A stretch of DNA of 62,103 nucleotides, counting the filler, from Rhabdomonas costata (taxonomy: Eukaryota), in NCBI GenBank assembly GCA_019059605.1. It is 26 parts of 26 records of this genome, joined end to end, with 100 filler letters (N's around TTAATTAATTAA, not from the genome) between each part and the next. Parts side by side here need not be neighbours in the genome. Positions count along the whole stretch, not along the records: positions 38,284 to 40,574 come from JAHMHO010004243.1; positions 40,675 to 42,965 come from JAHMHO010004244.1; positions 43,066 to 45,356 come from JAHMHO010004245.1; positions 45,457 to 47,746 come from JAHMHO010004246.1; positions 47,847 to 50,137 come from JAHMHO010004247.1; positions 50,238 to 52,527 come from JAHMHO010004248.1; 20 more parts are not named here. One strand, written 5' to 3'. Position 1 is the stretch's first letter; each line of letters begins with the position of its first letter. A model generated the notes under the pieces. The model worked only from the letters and a program-made list of their open reading frames with translations, had not been told where the DNA came from and made no database searches. This document shows, piece after piece, positions 38,284 to 51,488 of this stretch. A program made the position numbers and the translations under genes.

Positions 38284-38763
38284 AAGAAGTGTGGCGCAGG
38301 ACAAGCCCACTGAATATACTGCAACATTGAAGCTCTCGTACAAAAGAAGGCTCGTCATAACCTGGAAAAAGACTAACTGCCCCACGTACGAGTTGTACTG
38401 GAAACCGCCCCGGGTGAAAAGGGATACCGGTGCCCAGAACCAAATGTTGCCCATTGAGATGGTGCGAGGCCACGTCATCGATTTGGTGCGAATGAATACC
38501 GCTATATTTACGACAGAGGAAAGGGTGACCCAGAAATAGTAGCCCATAGCGATCATTGCCGCGGTGGAAAAGGCGAATCTTTGGGCCCACCACCCCAGAA
38601 CCCCGACGGTGAGTGGGCCGAAACTCCCCACACACAGAATGAGAAACAACGTCAGCTTCTGACGCTTGAGGGTGGCGGAGTCTTCGGCATGACAAACGTG
38701 ACGCTCAACCCAGAGAAGCCCAGCGGAGACTTTCATATGCAATTTAGGGCGATCGTCAGTCAT
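38284..38763 (-). CDS. Polytopic membrane protein N-terminus, possibly the membrane anchor of an adenylate/guanylate cyclase
   Basis: 160 open codons from ATG with about 5 hydrophobic segments, plus EDS..LKRQK and GGF..S patterns. No catalytic domain in the contig. Confidence 0.45.
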
Positions 38764-40039
38764 AATGAATCTCTACTCTCACATGAAAGAAGTGTTAACA
38801 GGACAGAAAAAAGTTAAGAAAGGGAAAACCGAGGAATAGTAGCCGCACTATTCAATAGCAAAGCAGAGTTTGCATAGCTTGGGTGAAACACGTGCCTTGC
38901 TGAGAGTCAGAGCAAAAAGACGGGTGGAAGTTGGAGGATGAACCAAAATGTTAAAAGCGAGCATCCAAACGCGCAACTTGACGACCTGCTACCACGGGTT
39001 TTTGAGGGGGGATGGGTTAAACGAAGTTGTTCCCCTCCAAGAAAACACATTGGGCTACTCTTCGCTGTCTCACCGCTTGCCAATCTTTCCCTTTTATCTC
39101 ATCTTTAGTGCTTGACATTTTACATTGCCCCCCAAAAATACTCTGGCACAGTTTTAGTACCTATTGAGCATTTAGCAACCAGTGTCCACCGCGCGGAGTT
39201 GGTGGTGGTGGTGGGGTGCCAAACCCTACGGTCAACAACAGAAACGCTGGCCCTTTATTCAATGTGACGATGCGCTCCTCGGGGTGGCGTCTCCCTCCGG
39301 GTCGCTTCTGTCATCATTTGTTTTCGCCAGTGCCAAGCTAGAAGGCAAGAGTACCCTTGCCGAGCACCCCCACGGCAAAAAATTTTTTTTTGCAATTGCA
39401 AAAAAGAAAGCCGGCCGGGACAGTGCGAACTCTGCAAGAGTGACCACCTGGGCTGCATACGGTCCCACCGATACCCAACTACTGGGAGAGCCAGCGTATG
39501 GGCACATTCAAGCGTGCCGTTTGCTCATTGGTGCCTCCTCCCGAAGCATGCCTCGAAAGTCTGCGCCCACTTGACTTGCACGGGGACCACCTGCTGAGCT
39601 TTCGGAAAGTTCATTTTTGGGACCTCCTGTTGGTCACTCTGCTCACTTGGGGGCTTCGCGCTGGGAAGCTTGTTGGCAAATTTTTTTATAGGGGTGATAG
39701 AAATTTTTAGACATTTTCGGCGGCTTAGGAGGCGTTGCACGTGTTTTCTTCATATCACCGCCATAAATTTTTTAGCGGTGATAAAATTTAACAAATTTTT
39801 AAAGCAGTGACATTACTGAGTGTAATCATTTTTTTCGATTGCAGGGCCGCTGGATTTGTTGTTCTTCTAGGGGGGCTTGGCATCCCCCCGATAACCCAAC
39901 CCCAAATTGCCTCCTGCTCCCATCCGCTTCCCGTTCCTGTGCACCTGATGGCCGCAAACGCCTGGGCTTGCGGGCTTCATTGGCCTGGGCTCCTGCTGGC
40001 TTCATTACCTCCTGCACCAAAGGTGGGCCGGGGCCCCAC

Positions 40040-40574
40040 CGAACCCGCAATGGTCTCGGCCTCCCTCCGCCGCGCAGTGATCGCTTCGGCTGCCGAGCAC
40101 AACCCCGGCAAAGCGGCCAGGCTTCATTCTACAATTCGTCCCTGCCGAGAACGCCCTGGAGCAGCTGCAGGTTCTCCACCTCCCTGGTCCCGCAATTACG
40201 GAGGGTCTGCCGCCCGCCGACAACGTGGTCGGTTTGTCCCCCAATGCGGTTCGGGAGGCCGCCCTATCCTTTGCCCAGGCTCCTCAGCAGGACCGTCGGG
40301 GTTCCGCCCCGTCTTCCTCCGGGAGCTGCTGCGATGCGGCCCCACCCAGGTGCAAGACTCCCTCCTTCGGGCGCTCACTGGGGTGACGAACTTGTTCGCT
40401 AATGGGAAGATTCCCCCCCTCCCTGGCACCTTTCTTCGCGTACGCACGCCTGATTAACTTGCAGAAAGAGGGAGGGGGAATCCGACCCATCGCGTGGGTG
40501 AGACGCTGCGGAGAGTGGTGGGAAGGCACTCCTGAGTGACCAGTCCTCTTATTTGACTTCCATTCTGGCCCCCC
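40040..40574 (+). mobile_element. Frameshifted non-LTR retrotransposon reverse transcriptase, CRE/SLACS-like clade
   Basis: GSSAGPSGFRPVFLRELL...LLRALTGVTNLFANGKIPP/SLAPFFAYARLINLQKEGGGIRPIA/VGETLRRVV/GKALL covers the N-terminal RT motifs typical of CRE-type elements. At least three frameshifts. Confidence 0.85.
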
Positions 40575-40865
40575 NNNNNNNNNNNNNNNNNNNNNNNNNN
40601 NNNNNNNNNNNNNNNNNNTTAATTAATTAANNNNNNNNNNNNNNNNNNNNNNNNNNNNNNNNNNNNNNNNNNNNGGGGTTGTGGGGAGCCTTTTTTGTAC
40701 CGACTACCGCCTTATTTAAAATTTCACCGGAAAATCCCTGACCTGTGACTTGGATGTTGCCCGAGTTTTTCTTGCTCCCAGTTCCCGTGCAATAAGTGTA
40801 GAAGGGCTGTAGTAGTGTATGCGCTTTCGTGCGGCATCTGGCTGCGGGACGTGAATGGTACGCAG

Positions 40866-41525
40866 GCTTCTTTTCAGAGGTCTGAGACCTCCCAGGTGGA
40901 TTTGCAGCCCCCGATGCCTGCCGTCCCCAGCCCCGACCTGTGTGAGCTGGACACCACCGACCTGCTAAGGAAGATTTATGCCCCAGTGGAGACCCCACTG
41001 GAGCTGCGGTACGTTACCACTAGTCCTGGAGCCGGTCGGCATCGCCAGTACGTTTGGGCTCGCTGTGCCCCATCTCTGGCCGCAAAACCCGTCCCACCTC
41101 GCCAGCATCAGCAGCAGCAGTCAGTGCACGGACTAGGAGCAGGGGCTGAAGCCTCTGGTGAGTCAACTCACGACGACAGCTTCCACCACCATGTCGCCGT
41201 GCTGGCCTTTGCCAGTGACTGGGTACTTCACACAGCTGCCCGGCGGCGGGTCACGTCCCCCGAGGGCGCCGCGAGTGGTTCAAGGCTGCGCCTCGGGATG
41301 ACCGCCTCCCTGGATCACTCGATGTGGTTTTACCGGGAGTTCAGCACCGATGACTGGCTACTCTTCGAGGTGGAGTGCATGGAGGCCCGCGGGGGTCGGG
41401 CCCTTGCCTGGGCTCGGGTCTTCCGGCCCACCGACGGAGCTCTGGTGGCGGCAGCCGCGCAGGAGGGACTGCTTCGGGTGGGGCCCGGAGAGGAGGCTGC
41501 TTCGGCGCCTCAAGCCAAATTGTAA
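40866..41525 (+). CDS. Acyl-CoA thioesterase II (TesB/ACOT8-like), terminal exon
   Basis: ASFQ...PMPAVPSPD...PLELRYV...QYVWAR...HVAVLAFASDW...ASLDHSMWF...DDWLLFEVE....GGRALAWARVF..DGALVAAAAQEGLLR-...TAA after a cgcAG acceptor. Confidence 0.93.
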   Translation, partial: ASFQRSETSQVDLQPPMPAVPSPDLCELDTTDLLRKIYAPVETPLELRYVTTSPGAGRHRQYVWARCAPSLAAKPVPPRQHQQQQSVHGLGAGAEASGESTHDDSFHHHVAVLAFASDWVLHTAARRRVTSPEGAASGSRLRLGMTASLDHSMWFYREFSTDDWLLFEVECMEARGGRALAWARVFRPTDGALVAAAAQEGLLRVGPGEEAASAPQAKL

Positions 41526-44500
41526 CTTTTAGGTGGAAGGGCTAAGAGGTTGCAGCGCCGGATGCCGTGTGTGGTAGGTAATGCATTTTTGTTTTCCGAT
41601 GATGGTGTGGTGTGCCCACAGTGAGCTCGGTGACGAGGGTGAGGAATGGCACCTCATGAAACAGCGCGGTGGTGGGGGAAGTGAACATTACCGCTTCTAA
41701 CGGAAGTATTTGACAACTTTCTGCTCCTTCTTGTTGCCGTTTGAGGAAGCGGAGAACCGCTGGATTCCACGTGTCGTTATGCCCGCCGGATTTATAGGGT
41801 GGTGTTTTTCCTTTGACCATTGTTTTTGCCTCGCTGTCTTTCTCTCCCCTTTCTCGCATTTGCCTTATGCCATTTCAGCTGCATTTTTTTCGGGTCGAAG
41901 GGAGGCCAGGACGATGGCAGAGGACTCTGCCAGCTCTTCGGTCCAGCCCATTATGACCCAGGGAGGCTTTTCCGCGCTGTTCCAGCACTGGCAGCCTCGT
42001 TGTGTCGCCGTGGAGGAGGGAGTGTCGAGAGACCCTAACCCTTCCTCTTCTTCAGGCTCGTCTTCGTCTCTGGAATCCGGATCGAAGTCCTCGTCAGGTC
42101 CAGGGCTTCTGTCCCTGCTTCTACCCCTGTCCTCCCGGCCTTTCTTATCTTCTGCTGGGGTGCGGCTCTCGGTTACCCATGCCACCTTCAGTCCTATGAC
42201 CGGTGCCGCCGGGGTGGCCTCGGAGATCCTTCCGGGGGGCTCTTCACCATGGAATGGGTGTGTGGTGGCGCCAGGGCAGGGTCGGTGGGCCCGCCCTTCG
42301 AACTCACGTGAGCGACGTTGGTCCGCGGTTGCCGTGATGTACGCCGGCCCACGGACCCGCGTGGCAGAGTGGGTACCTGGAGGAGTGTACCATGGGGCCT
42401 CAGGGGATGGCTTGCTCTTCGTGACAGCATCAGGTGCCCCCCCTCCACGTTCGTCACGGTTTATATCATTGTTGTGTGAATGTGAACTGTTGGCCAATTC
42501 CCTGGATCCCCCTGTTCTTCTATTCGCTCACTTGTTTTAGTCAGGAGCCGACGGTTTCAATCAGGATGCGCCACATCACGTTGTAAACAAGTACCCGCAC
42601 CACCCCCGAGCCAACAAATCTTTATCACAGCGTTCAAAGCTCCATTTGTGACGTACGTAGAGACATCCGGGTCTGAGAATGATGTCCCTGGCACCGCGTC
42701 GGTCGGTCGCTCTGCTGACTTCACTTAATCCGCCGGAGCGATATCCACTCCGCACTGCCCTCTGCCGGTGGCTTTTTGAACTTTGCAGGGGACGACTGCT
42801 TCTGTCCCCCTTGGGCATCCTCGGCGCAGCCACCACCAGAGGGGCCCCACCTGCTGCTGTGGTGCACCGGGACTGTCCCACAGGAGGGCCCGCGGCCCAG
42901 CGCCCGGGCATCCCCCACGTCTCCTGCAAGGAAGCGCAAAGCCTAACAGCCGCCGCCAAAACACANNNNNNNNNNNNNNNNNNNNNNNNNNNNNNNNNNN
43001 NNNNNNNNNTTAATTAATTAANNNNNNNNNNNNNNNNNNNNNNNNNNNNNNNNNNNNNNNNNNNNGGGTGTGGGGGGTGTGGAACTCCGCTGGAAACCGC
43101 TGCACCAGCTGGTCGTGCAGCAGCACGTCATTGCGGGCGTAGTAGTCGCGCTCCTCCTTGTAAAGCTGCACAAACTCCCTCTCGATCGGATGCACCTGCA
43201 AGAGGGCCGCGTTAGGACTCTTCCTCCCAATATATGCGCCGCTAACGCATTTCCTGACTGTCTTAGCTGGAGCATGGCCACAAACCAAACAAATACCGGT
43301 GAGCGTTTTATTTTCCGCTGACCCCGCTGCAAAGCATGCTTCCAACCCCTGGACAGCTTTCTGGAATATCTGGGCTGAAACTGCTCGTCTTTAGCATGAG
43401 ATGGACATTGAGGGACAACAACAACAGGGAGAAATGAGACAAAATAGTTTCCTTTCCACGCGATGGGCCATCGGAAAGCGTTGCAGTCACAGAGCAGAAA
43501 TCAACAAGGAACGACTTCTTGGGGATGACAATCATAAATAGTACAGGTCATCACAAAGAGGATGATAATAGTAATCACGGTAACAAGCGATCGCAAGGCT
43601 ACAATCTATAAAGGCCCGAAACCCCAACAGGGCGAGATCAGAGATTCCTAGTGTGGGGGAGCTGTGCTTTTAGTCAAGGTAGGGCTAATGTCACATGCCA
43701 ACAGTGGCCAGGGCTAACGTGTGGTCGGGCTTTGGCAGACGAGTTGCGAGATGCGGGAGATGCGGGAGATGCGGGCCCTTGGAAGCTGTGAAGTCATTTT
43801 AGAATCGTATGATCCGCTGCAGAAAAAAGAAAACCACAAATAACCGTTATCAGTGGTGACAGCTGCCAATAATAACGGTGAAGGTTACCTCGGGTATCAC
43901 CACGGGGCCCCGCTGCAGCACCACGGCGACCTGGGTCACCGCTCGCAAGCCGCCACGGAGCGGCCCTTGCAGAGCTCCGCCCAAAAGGCGGCCCGCCACC
44001 CGCCGCATCGGCTGCTTCCCTCCAAAGGTATGAAGCACTAAAGCGGGCGAGAGAAAGGGTGGAAGAGGGAAGAAACAATGGGGCAAACTGTCGAACAGGC
44101 GAAGTGGCGTGGGGTGAGAATATGGTGGCAGGAGATCAACGCAGTAGCTGTGCAGTGCAACGCCATACCCTCAATCTTAAAAACAATGGCGTTCACGGTG
44201 AGCTCAGCACCAAATTGACTCCGGCACTGGTTGTTGGTCCCGAGTGCTACTTCCGCAGTGGCTGAGTTGGCGGTTGTGACTGAAATTGCACACCCTCCAT
44301 CCCGCCATCATAATAGCAATTGAGTTAATGTGGTCCTGGTGGTCACGAAGCCCACACCAATGCCACCAGGAAAGTTGTGGCTGAGTTCTAGTTCGAGGAT
44401 GGCACTGAAGACTCGGTGGAGGTCCTCATTTCCTCCCAAGGATAAAAACGAGAATACACCGGACGAAATTTCGAGCTGCCCATTTCCCCGCCCATGACTT

Positions 44501-45671
44501 CGCGCTGTTAGGGCGTGCCTTCCCCAGGCCCTCACCCATTCAAACATGTGGGGTAACCAGCGCTCTTCAACCGCATAAGCCGACGGCAAACCAACATGCG
44601 CACACCATCAAGCTGTTCCCACGGCTATTCACAAAAGCCAGTTTGCACGAGACGGCGGAAAGGGAGGGGGGAGGAAGGGGGTAAGACAATCTCTGTCGCA
44701 AAGACACCCCGTAACTTGCTTTCACCACAGCCAAGACCATGGGGGAGAAGACAGCCCCAGTGCTCAGCTGCAAGAAGCAACCCACGCGATGCCCAAGGAC
44801 AGGCCCACACCGACCTTGAAAAGCTAACACCCCCGCAACTGTCCAGCTTCACTTCTTAAAAAGGACAGTCCGCAGGGGGAGAGGGGGGCGGACCGAATAC
44901 ACCAAAGCGATGGAGAGGAGGGAAGAGGATGGGGGAGTAACCATCCATTTCCAATCATACAACATCCTAAAAGTCCATACAAAAACTGGGAGAAAAAAGG
45001 GAGAGGGAGTGAGAGAAGGCACGCACAAGGGCGTGCCACCGCAATGCGCAAAACCATGCGCACATAACAAAAAAGATACAGCATGAATGATAGCAACATT
45101 CCTTAAAACCCCAATCCCCCCGTCACCATGTCCCTTCCTTAACAACAAAAGCCGAAAATGGCAGAGAGCAAAACAAGGGAAGCACGAGAATGCCGGCGAA
45201 CCCTCGAGTGGGGAGGTATAGAATACAGGAAATCCAGAAGCAGTCAATAGCAGCAGACAGTGGAGCTGTGGAAAAAGCGGATACCCATTGTTCGCCACAC
45301 CCCCAGCACGCTGCGCCCGAAGAAAAACAAGACAAGTCATTGCAAGCCCAACCACCNNNNNNNNNNNNNNNNNNNNNNNNNNNNNNNNNNNNNNNNNNNN
45401 TTAATTAATTAANNNNNNNNNNNNNNNNNNNNNNNNNNNNNNNNNNNNNNNNNNNNGGTACACCACCGAGTCCCCTTCTCCGGTGACCTTGTAGTCCGTG
45501 CCGCACCTTTTTTTTGTGCAAAATCCATTGGATGCGAGAGATTCTTGTTACACTGAGAGTAGAGACTTGGAGCTTCAATGCAGTTGTCTGGTCTGCGGAG
45601 CTCTTTTACCCATCGTTTTTACCATTAAAGTAATTCAATTACGCCAAGAGCAAAGGCGCAAATGAAAAAGC

Positions 45672-45794
45672 AGATGACAAGGCGGACGTTCCAGAGGGGG
45701 GAAAAATCTTCGCAATGCTATCTGCAGGACGTTCATTGAGACATTCCAATCCTTGCAACTCAACGTGCTCGTTCAAGTCAGAATGCCCACTCAT
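45672..45794 (-). CDS. PITH-domain protein, first exon
   Basis: MSGHSDLNEHVELQGLECLNERPADSIAKIF...ALSS matches the PITH N-terminus (DL...I.....ECLNE...L.SD.DEQL). The next exon was not found in the contig. Confidence 0.75.
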
Positions 45795-48700
45795 GGTCAC
45801 AAAGAGAAAGGGCAAAATATGAACCTGAAGAAGCCAAAGACAACAAGCACGCAACCATAATTCTTCTTAAAACGTCGCCGCTGCAGAGTTGTGGTGTTCG
45901 AAAAGGAGACGGAGGGAGGTGCGGTAACATATTGTAAACGGTGTGGAACGTTGGACGAATGCTTTCGGGCTTCCTCAATGCCAGCACAGCTGCTTCCCAA
46001 TCGTGGTAGAAAAATCTCCGAAAAGTCCCAACGTGCCAGACAGTGGTGAAGTGTCACAATCAGCAGAAACAGGAAACATCAAAAGATTTTCTGCCTGCTC
46101 TGATAGTTTTGAAGCAAAATTGTACGACCGGGTATGGTCAACGCTCTGCTGCCTTGAACTGCTGAAACTGTTCCAACGAACTTGACAACAAACATCAAAA
46201 GTTTAGGTTTTGAAAAAGCTACTGAAAAATCCAAAGCAAGGCAGTGCAGTGACAGCCACCGCAGTGCCAAAAAACGAAACACAGTTCAGCAGAAATTTGA
46301 TCTGCAACACGCAATATGCTTGCCTGAAAAAGCATGCAAAGAGTAATGCTGTACAACACGCAAGTCATACAGTTGCACAATATATCTGCAAAAACAAACC
46401 TACAATGACATGGTACACTGAATGGCACTGCACATGACACACGAGGGAACAGAACCAGGCTATTAAACAGCAAAAGGAAGAAAGAAAACAGAAAATAAAT
46501 GCTCTGTGCAGGAAGGTGTTGAGTTTGACTTAAGGAGCATTGGGACGGGATTTTTTCCGTCTGCTTCACCTTTACGGTGGGAGGTGAAGGAGGCTCAGAA
46601 AAGCCGAATCGATGCTGCATGGAGTCATCGATGAAGGATGCCACGACACGAGGGGTGAGGTACACAATGAAGATTTTGCTGCACCCGGAAGGCAAAACAT
46701 CTGCCCGTCCCGCAATCCGTTTGCCCTGTACGCTGGACGGTTCTGTACTATTGCAGTCCATGGAACAGTTCGCAATGAATCTTTTGGGGCATGGCCAAGA
46801 CGCTGCTGTAAAGACAGACTGTCTACCTAAGGGTTTTGCCTTTGCTGCATGGTAACGCTGAACTGCGGCCTCAATTTGCGATTGGGAAGTGGACAATATA
46901 AGGAGTGCCACTCCACTAGGGCTTAATCCGAAGCACAGGAAACGGCTGAGCGCGGGTCCTTGCACCCCGGGCCAGTCACTTCCATTTTTGGCGGCTCATG
47001 TACATCGCCATGGACAAGTTTATTTCAGCCACCCAGGAAATGGTCAATAATCGTTGCCAAGGTTTACAACAACCGTGGCTTCACAGGGAAGGACATAAAA
47101 CCCAGTTGCTGCGCTTTAACCCTGGTGTTTCGAGCATTCCTACTGCCTTTCCGCAAGTTTTCTTACGATCCCTACTCTGTTACAAAATATCCAGTTGGGT
47201 GGTAATTTCCGGAAGTACTTTTTATACCAAAAATCTGTCTGAAGTAAAGAAGTGTTCGCCTTTTGTCACAAACCCATGCATCCAAAATTGGGTACTCGCA
47301 GCGATATGTTGTACAATCTTGTGCCGTTTTTGCCCGCTGCAGCTGGAGGGGTTGCAGGGGCACCACTCCTCAAAAAAGAAAAAATGAGGTGCACCCCGTC
47401 CTGAACTCCGTCTGTTATTCACAACCAACAAGGAAGCACTTCTGCCTGTCCAATTACACATACTTGTGGAGTCCCCAATGACGAAGATCTCGGAGAGTCT
47501 CTTTGGAGATTCGGCCTCATCCCCGGAGGACACCCGGCAGCACCGGATCAGGGGCCGAAACACGGCCCTCCACAGAAGGCTGATGCACTTCGCGGAGGGG
47601 TGCATGCAGTCGTAGTACGCAGCACGGCAGCACGGAGAATCCGAAGCCTGGAAGAACCTCAACATTGGGAAGCTTCTGCACCCTGAGGGAGGAGGGTGGT
47701 GAATGGACATGTTTCAAAGGGCGACAACATGTCCATCCACCACCCCNNNNNNNNNNNNNNNNNNNNNNNNNNNNNNNNNNNNNNNNNNNNTTAATTAATT
47801 AANNNNNNNNNNNNNNNNNNNNNNNNNNNNNNNNNNNNNNNNNNNNGGTGGTATGTTTTCGGAGTTTTTCAGAGGAAGAAGGATGCATCCACAGTGTTTT
47901 TCCAGAGTTTTCACAGGTGAAAGAGACGAGGAGGCCGAGATTTCAGAGGATTTTCACAGACAAGGCCTCAGGGCATGCAGGCGGAGAATACGGACAGTGT
48001 GGTGTATTACAAAGCGGCCGGTTGGAAGGTTATGGTCCCTTCTTTTGTATAGGATTTCAAATTTTACGTTAGGTGTTGGAGAAATCCAAAAGTTCGTCAG
48101 GTCGTTTGTTTTCCGGAGTGTTTTTCTCGTTGCTTTTCGCCTTTTGTTGTTACAGAGGTGCCCTAAAAGAACCACAGAGGAGCCGGAGGACAGAGCCTAG
48201 CGGAGATCAGGAGGGCCCGGCAGAGGGTACGGAAAAGACAACCCGATAAAACGAAAGGGCTAAAAAGCCTGCGGCCTTCTCCAGTCTGTCTTTCCTTTCG
48301 TTGCGCTTGCCCTTTCGCTGCCATGGGAAGGCTTTATCCCAATGATCCAAAGTAAAAACAGGATCTTGAGAGGCGGGCATTATGAAAGGATTGACGCGAC
48401 GAACTCCGCGCTTCCTTCCCTTTGCAATCTCCTCTCGTCCCCTTTTGTCTGCGATCGCTGGGGCGGCCGTGGCGTGTGTTCCCTTAGCGGACGAATCTCT
48501 TTTAATCACACTCTTTTCCAATACCCGTGTCCTGAGTTGGTCGGTTCTCTTCCGCGGTGCCTCCTTTGCAGCTGATGGGCGTGCCCCCGTATTCTTTTGC
48601 TTGCTTGCCTCTGATTCTTTAATCCTTTATGGTGCCTTTTCATTTTTTGTCGGTTCAACATCTGTGTGCTGGGTATGTGCCGACAATTGAGATCGCCCTG

Positions 48701-50732
48701 CCTACACTCTCCCTCTCCCTGAGCTCGCCCCTCTTCTCCTTTTTGTTTTGTGTGCTGCAGCCTGGCCTGCTCTTCTTGTACTGCTTTCTTGATTTGTATG
48801 CCAATTTCTCGGGGAAAACAGAATAAAAAAATGCAGAGGGTTCAGGAAATGTGGGGGTCGTGCGGGCCTGGGCTAGAGCAGCTGCTGACCACGTTGTTCT
48901 GTTCCTTTGGTTTGTTTGTGCAGAGCTGTGTGCGGGAGGATCACGAGTGGGAAATAACTGGCAAAACCCTGCTGACCCTTCTTGTCCGCTTTCTCCTAAT
49001 TGTGTGTTGCTGAATGTGCGCTTGCGGACGGGGACGTGTGCGCGTCCTTGCGTGTGTGCTATCCCCTCCGTTGCTTTCTTTATGCATGGGCGCATGGCCG
49101 CACGTGTGCACTCGCACGTGTGCACTTACGGTGGCTAACGGTGGGAGGGGTGCTGGCAAGCCAGCCGTGTGGGAGAGGCAGCGTAGAGAGAGACGAGAGA
49201 AAAATTCGCACTCTTACCGAGCGCAAGCAGAAGAGGGCAGTGCTAGAAGAAGTTGAGCAATAAGCATTTCACCGGACATGTTAAAAAGTGGTTCACTTGG
49301 CACTTCGTTTCGTTAATTTGCTAATTCTGTGAATTTAGAAAACTGCCAAATAACAAATATTAAGAGCTAAAGAGCACAGTTAATTCCGGATCGAAACTCT
49401 CGTCCCCATCACAACCTCCCAGAAACAAGAACTTCCTGGCAACAGATCACAGTGATTTTGCAACACACGTCCTGCGTTAACTGGCCACTGATCAGATTTA
49501 CACCGCAGCAGCGGGAGCGGGCGCCATGCCAATTCCACGGCCGCGACCTGCGCCGGCCTAAGGGAAAAGACAATAAGAGACAACGCTGATGCTCACATGA
49601 AGTTCTTTTTTTTAAAAGAACAGCATTTAACAATCCTGGAACAATCGCTTTGCAAAGCCGAGTCATGCACTGTACCACTGTACCTGCGCACCGCCACCTA
49701 TATCTTTCAATTCGGTAACCTGAGCTTCTGGGTCGGCCTAGACTCGGTACGCAGACCTGCAAATGTCGGAAAATCGAACGCTGGCCCCTTGGTCTGTGCG
49801 TGCTTCTTTAAGAGCGCAACAACTATCAACTGGAGAAACTGAAGGGCATCGAAAATGGAAACGGTTACGGCATATGAGCTTTTGTCTTTCTACGCAAAGA
49901 TCAAAATGCTGTCTGCGAAACAGAAAAAAAGCACCAAAGGGCAGGTTTCTGGTCAATGAAGCGAGCTGTCAGCTGCAGACGGGAAACAAGCACTCGAAAC
50001 ATTTTTATGCTACACATGTAAAAAGGGGGCTCCTGTACCCAAACGTCACTCACCTTCTCTCTTTGCTTTATGATTAGCACTTTTTGTATCTTGTTTAAGA
50101 GATTCTTCCTTCCACCAAACCCCAAACACCCAACACANNNNNNNNNNNNNNNNNNNNNNNNNNNNNNNNNNNNNNNNNNNNTTAATTAATTAANNNNNNN
50201 NNNNNNNNNNNNNNNNNNNNNNNNNNNNNNNNNNNNNAAAGGGGAGGGAGGCATTGCCGGGGGGAAAGCACCTTATTAGTATTCGTATTATTTCTGTGTG
50301 CGCGTGTGTGTGTGAAAAGAGCACCTCCAAAATTGCACCTTTGACCCACAACATTGGCTACTTTTCGCATTTCTATCGAAGTGGACGCTGCTGCTCCCTT
50401 AGGGCCTGTATCCAGGGCTTCAGTGTGTTGCAAGAAACCCCACATGCGTGCAATCAATGGTTTTAATTTCAGCTACAGATGCAAAAGTGCAATCGCTAAA
50501 ATAAACTGGAATGAAATTCAGGGCCACACGTCGCCTCTCAGGGAAACTTCCCACCACTGGTCCCGCATCGCTCCTCCCCTCCCCTCGTGGCGACCACCGT
50601 TCGCTGGGTAGTTGGCGTTTTACAAAGCAATGGACAAATCCCTCTGTCCACAAAATCCAAAATGAAAAGCAAAGGTGCGCAGGGATGAGCCTGCGTCCCG
50701 TATGATGTGCCTTGATAAATGCCCCAACCCAC

Positions 50733-51488
50733 CTTCAGAGTGTTCACCAGGACATAGCGGGGAAGCACTCTCCGGTCGCGAAGATCCGCGGGAACCAGCT
50801 TCTCGGCGGACTCCACCTGTGAAAAACACAAGACTGAGCCATCGATGCTCCTACAGGGTTTGGGGGCTCTATTCTGTCAGAGAAAAATGGGAACAGTGTG
50901 TGAGGCAATTTGTGAAACATGGTCTCAAGATTTAATCAGGTGTGGCTCAGGCTCACTCCACCTCGGCTCCGTGCGTTGTCGTTGTTGTGTGGATCGCACG
51001 GGCGCACTTTTCCCAATGAGGAAGCAGCAGCCTGCCCGTGAAGGATTTGGCACCCCAAAAAGGCCCCATAATTTTCGCAGTAGTAAAAATAACGCCGTAT
51101 CAAGTGAAGAAAAGGACATGGGTGCGCAGGGTTGCCTTTTTTTCTTGACACCTGCTTCAAATTTTTTGAATCCAATTTTCAAATTTGCGATGTTACGTTT
51201 CCTTTTACGTTTTGACTCTGTAGTAAGTAATTTACTGGGTCCAGTGGCTCAATAGACCTGGGGCTCACTCCTCACTCAGTGCAGGGGAGAGGGTGAGGGG
51301 TGAGGGGAATGCCTTCTCCTTCTTGAGGAGGAGCTTCAGGCCTTGCTTCAGGGCCTTGCCGTACTTCTTAGCAAACTGCTGGCAAAGCCCACGTTCTCGC
51401 TTCAGGCCCTTCCCGAAAAGAAGCTCGTAGGCCAGTACCTGGATCATCTCCGGCCACCAAAGGGGGTTCTTCTCTAGAACACCGACCT
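50733..51488 (-). CDS. NSUN5: NSUN5/Rcm1 rRNA m5C methyltransferase, exons 51488-51313 and 50816-50733
   Basis: QVLAYELLFGKG...KYGKALKQGLKLLLKKEK|VESAEKLVP......LPRYVLVNTLK parallels the NSUN5 motifs KVLVYELLLGKG and LPRFVRVNTLK. Confidence 0.8.

Noticed and set aside
41710-42540. Long overlapping ORFs on both strands (276 aa +, 210 aa -)
   Set aside because: GC-rich low-complexity sequence with no recognisable domain. I cannot decide on strand or function.
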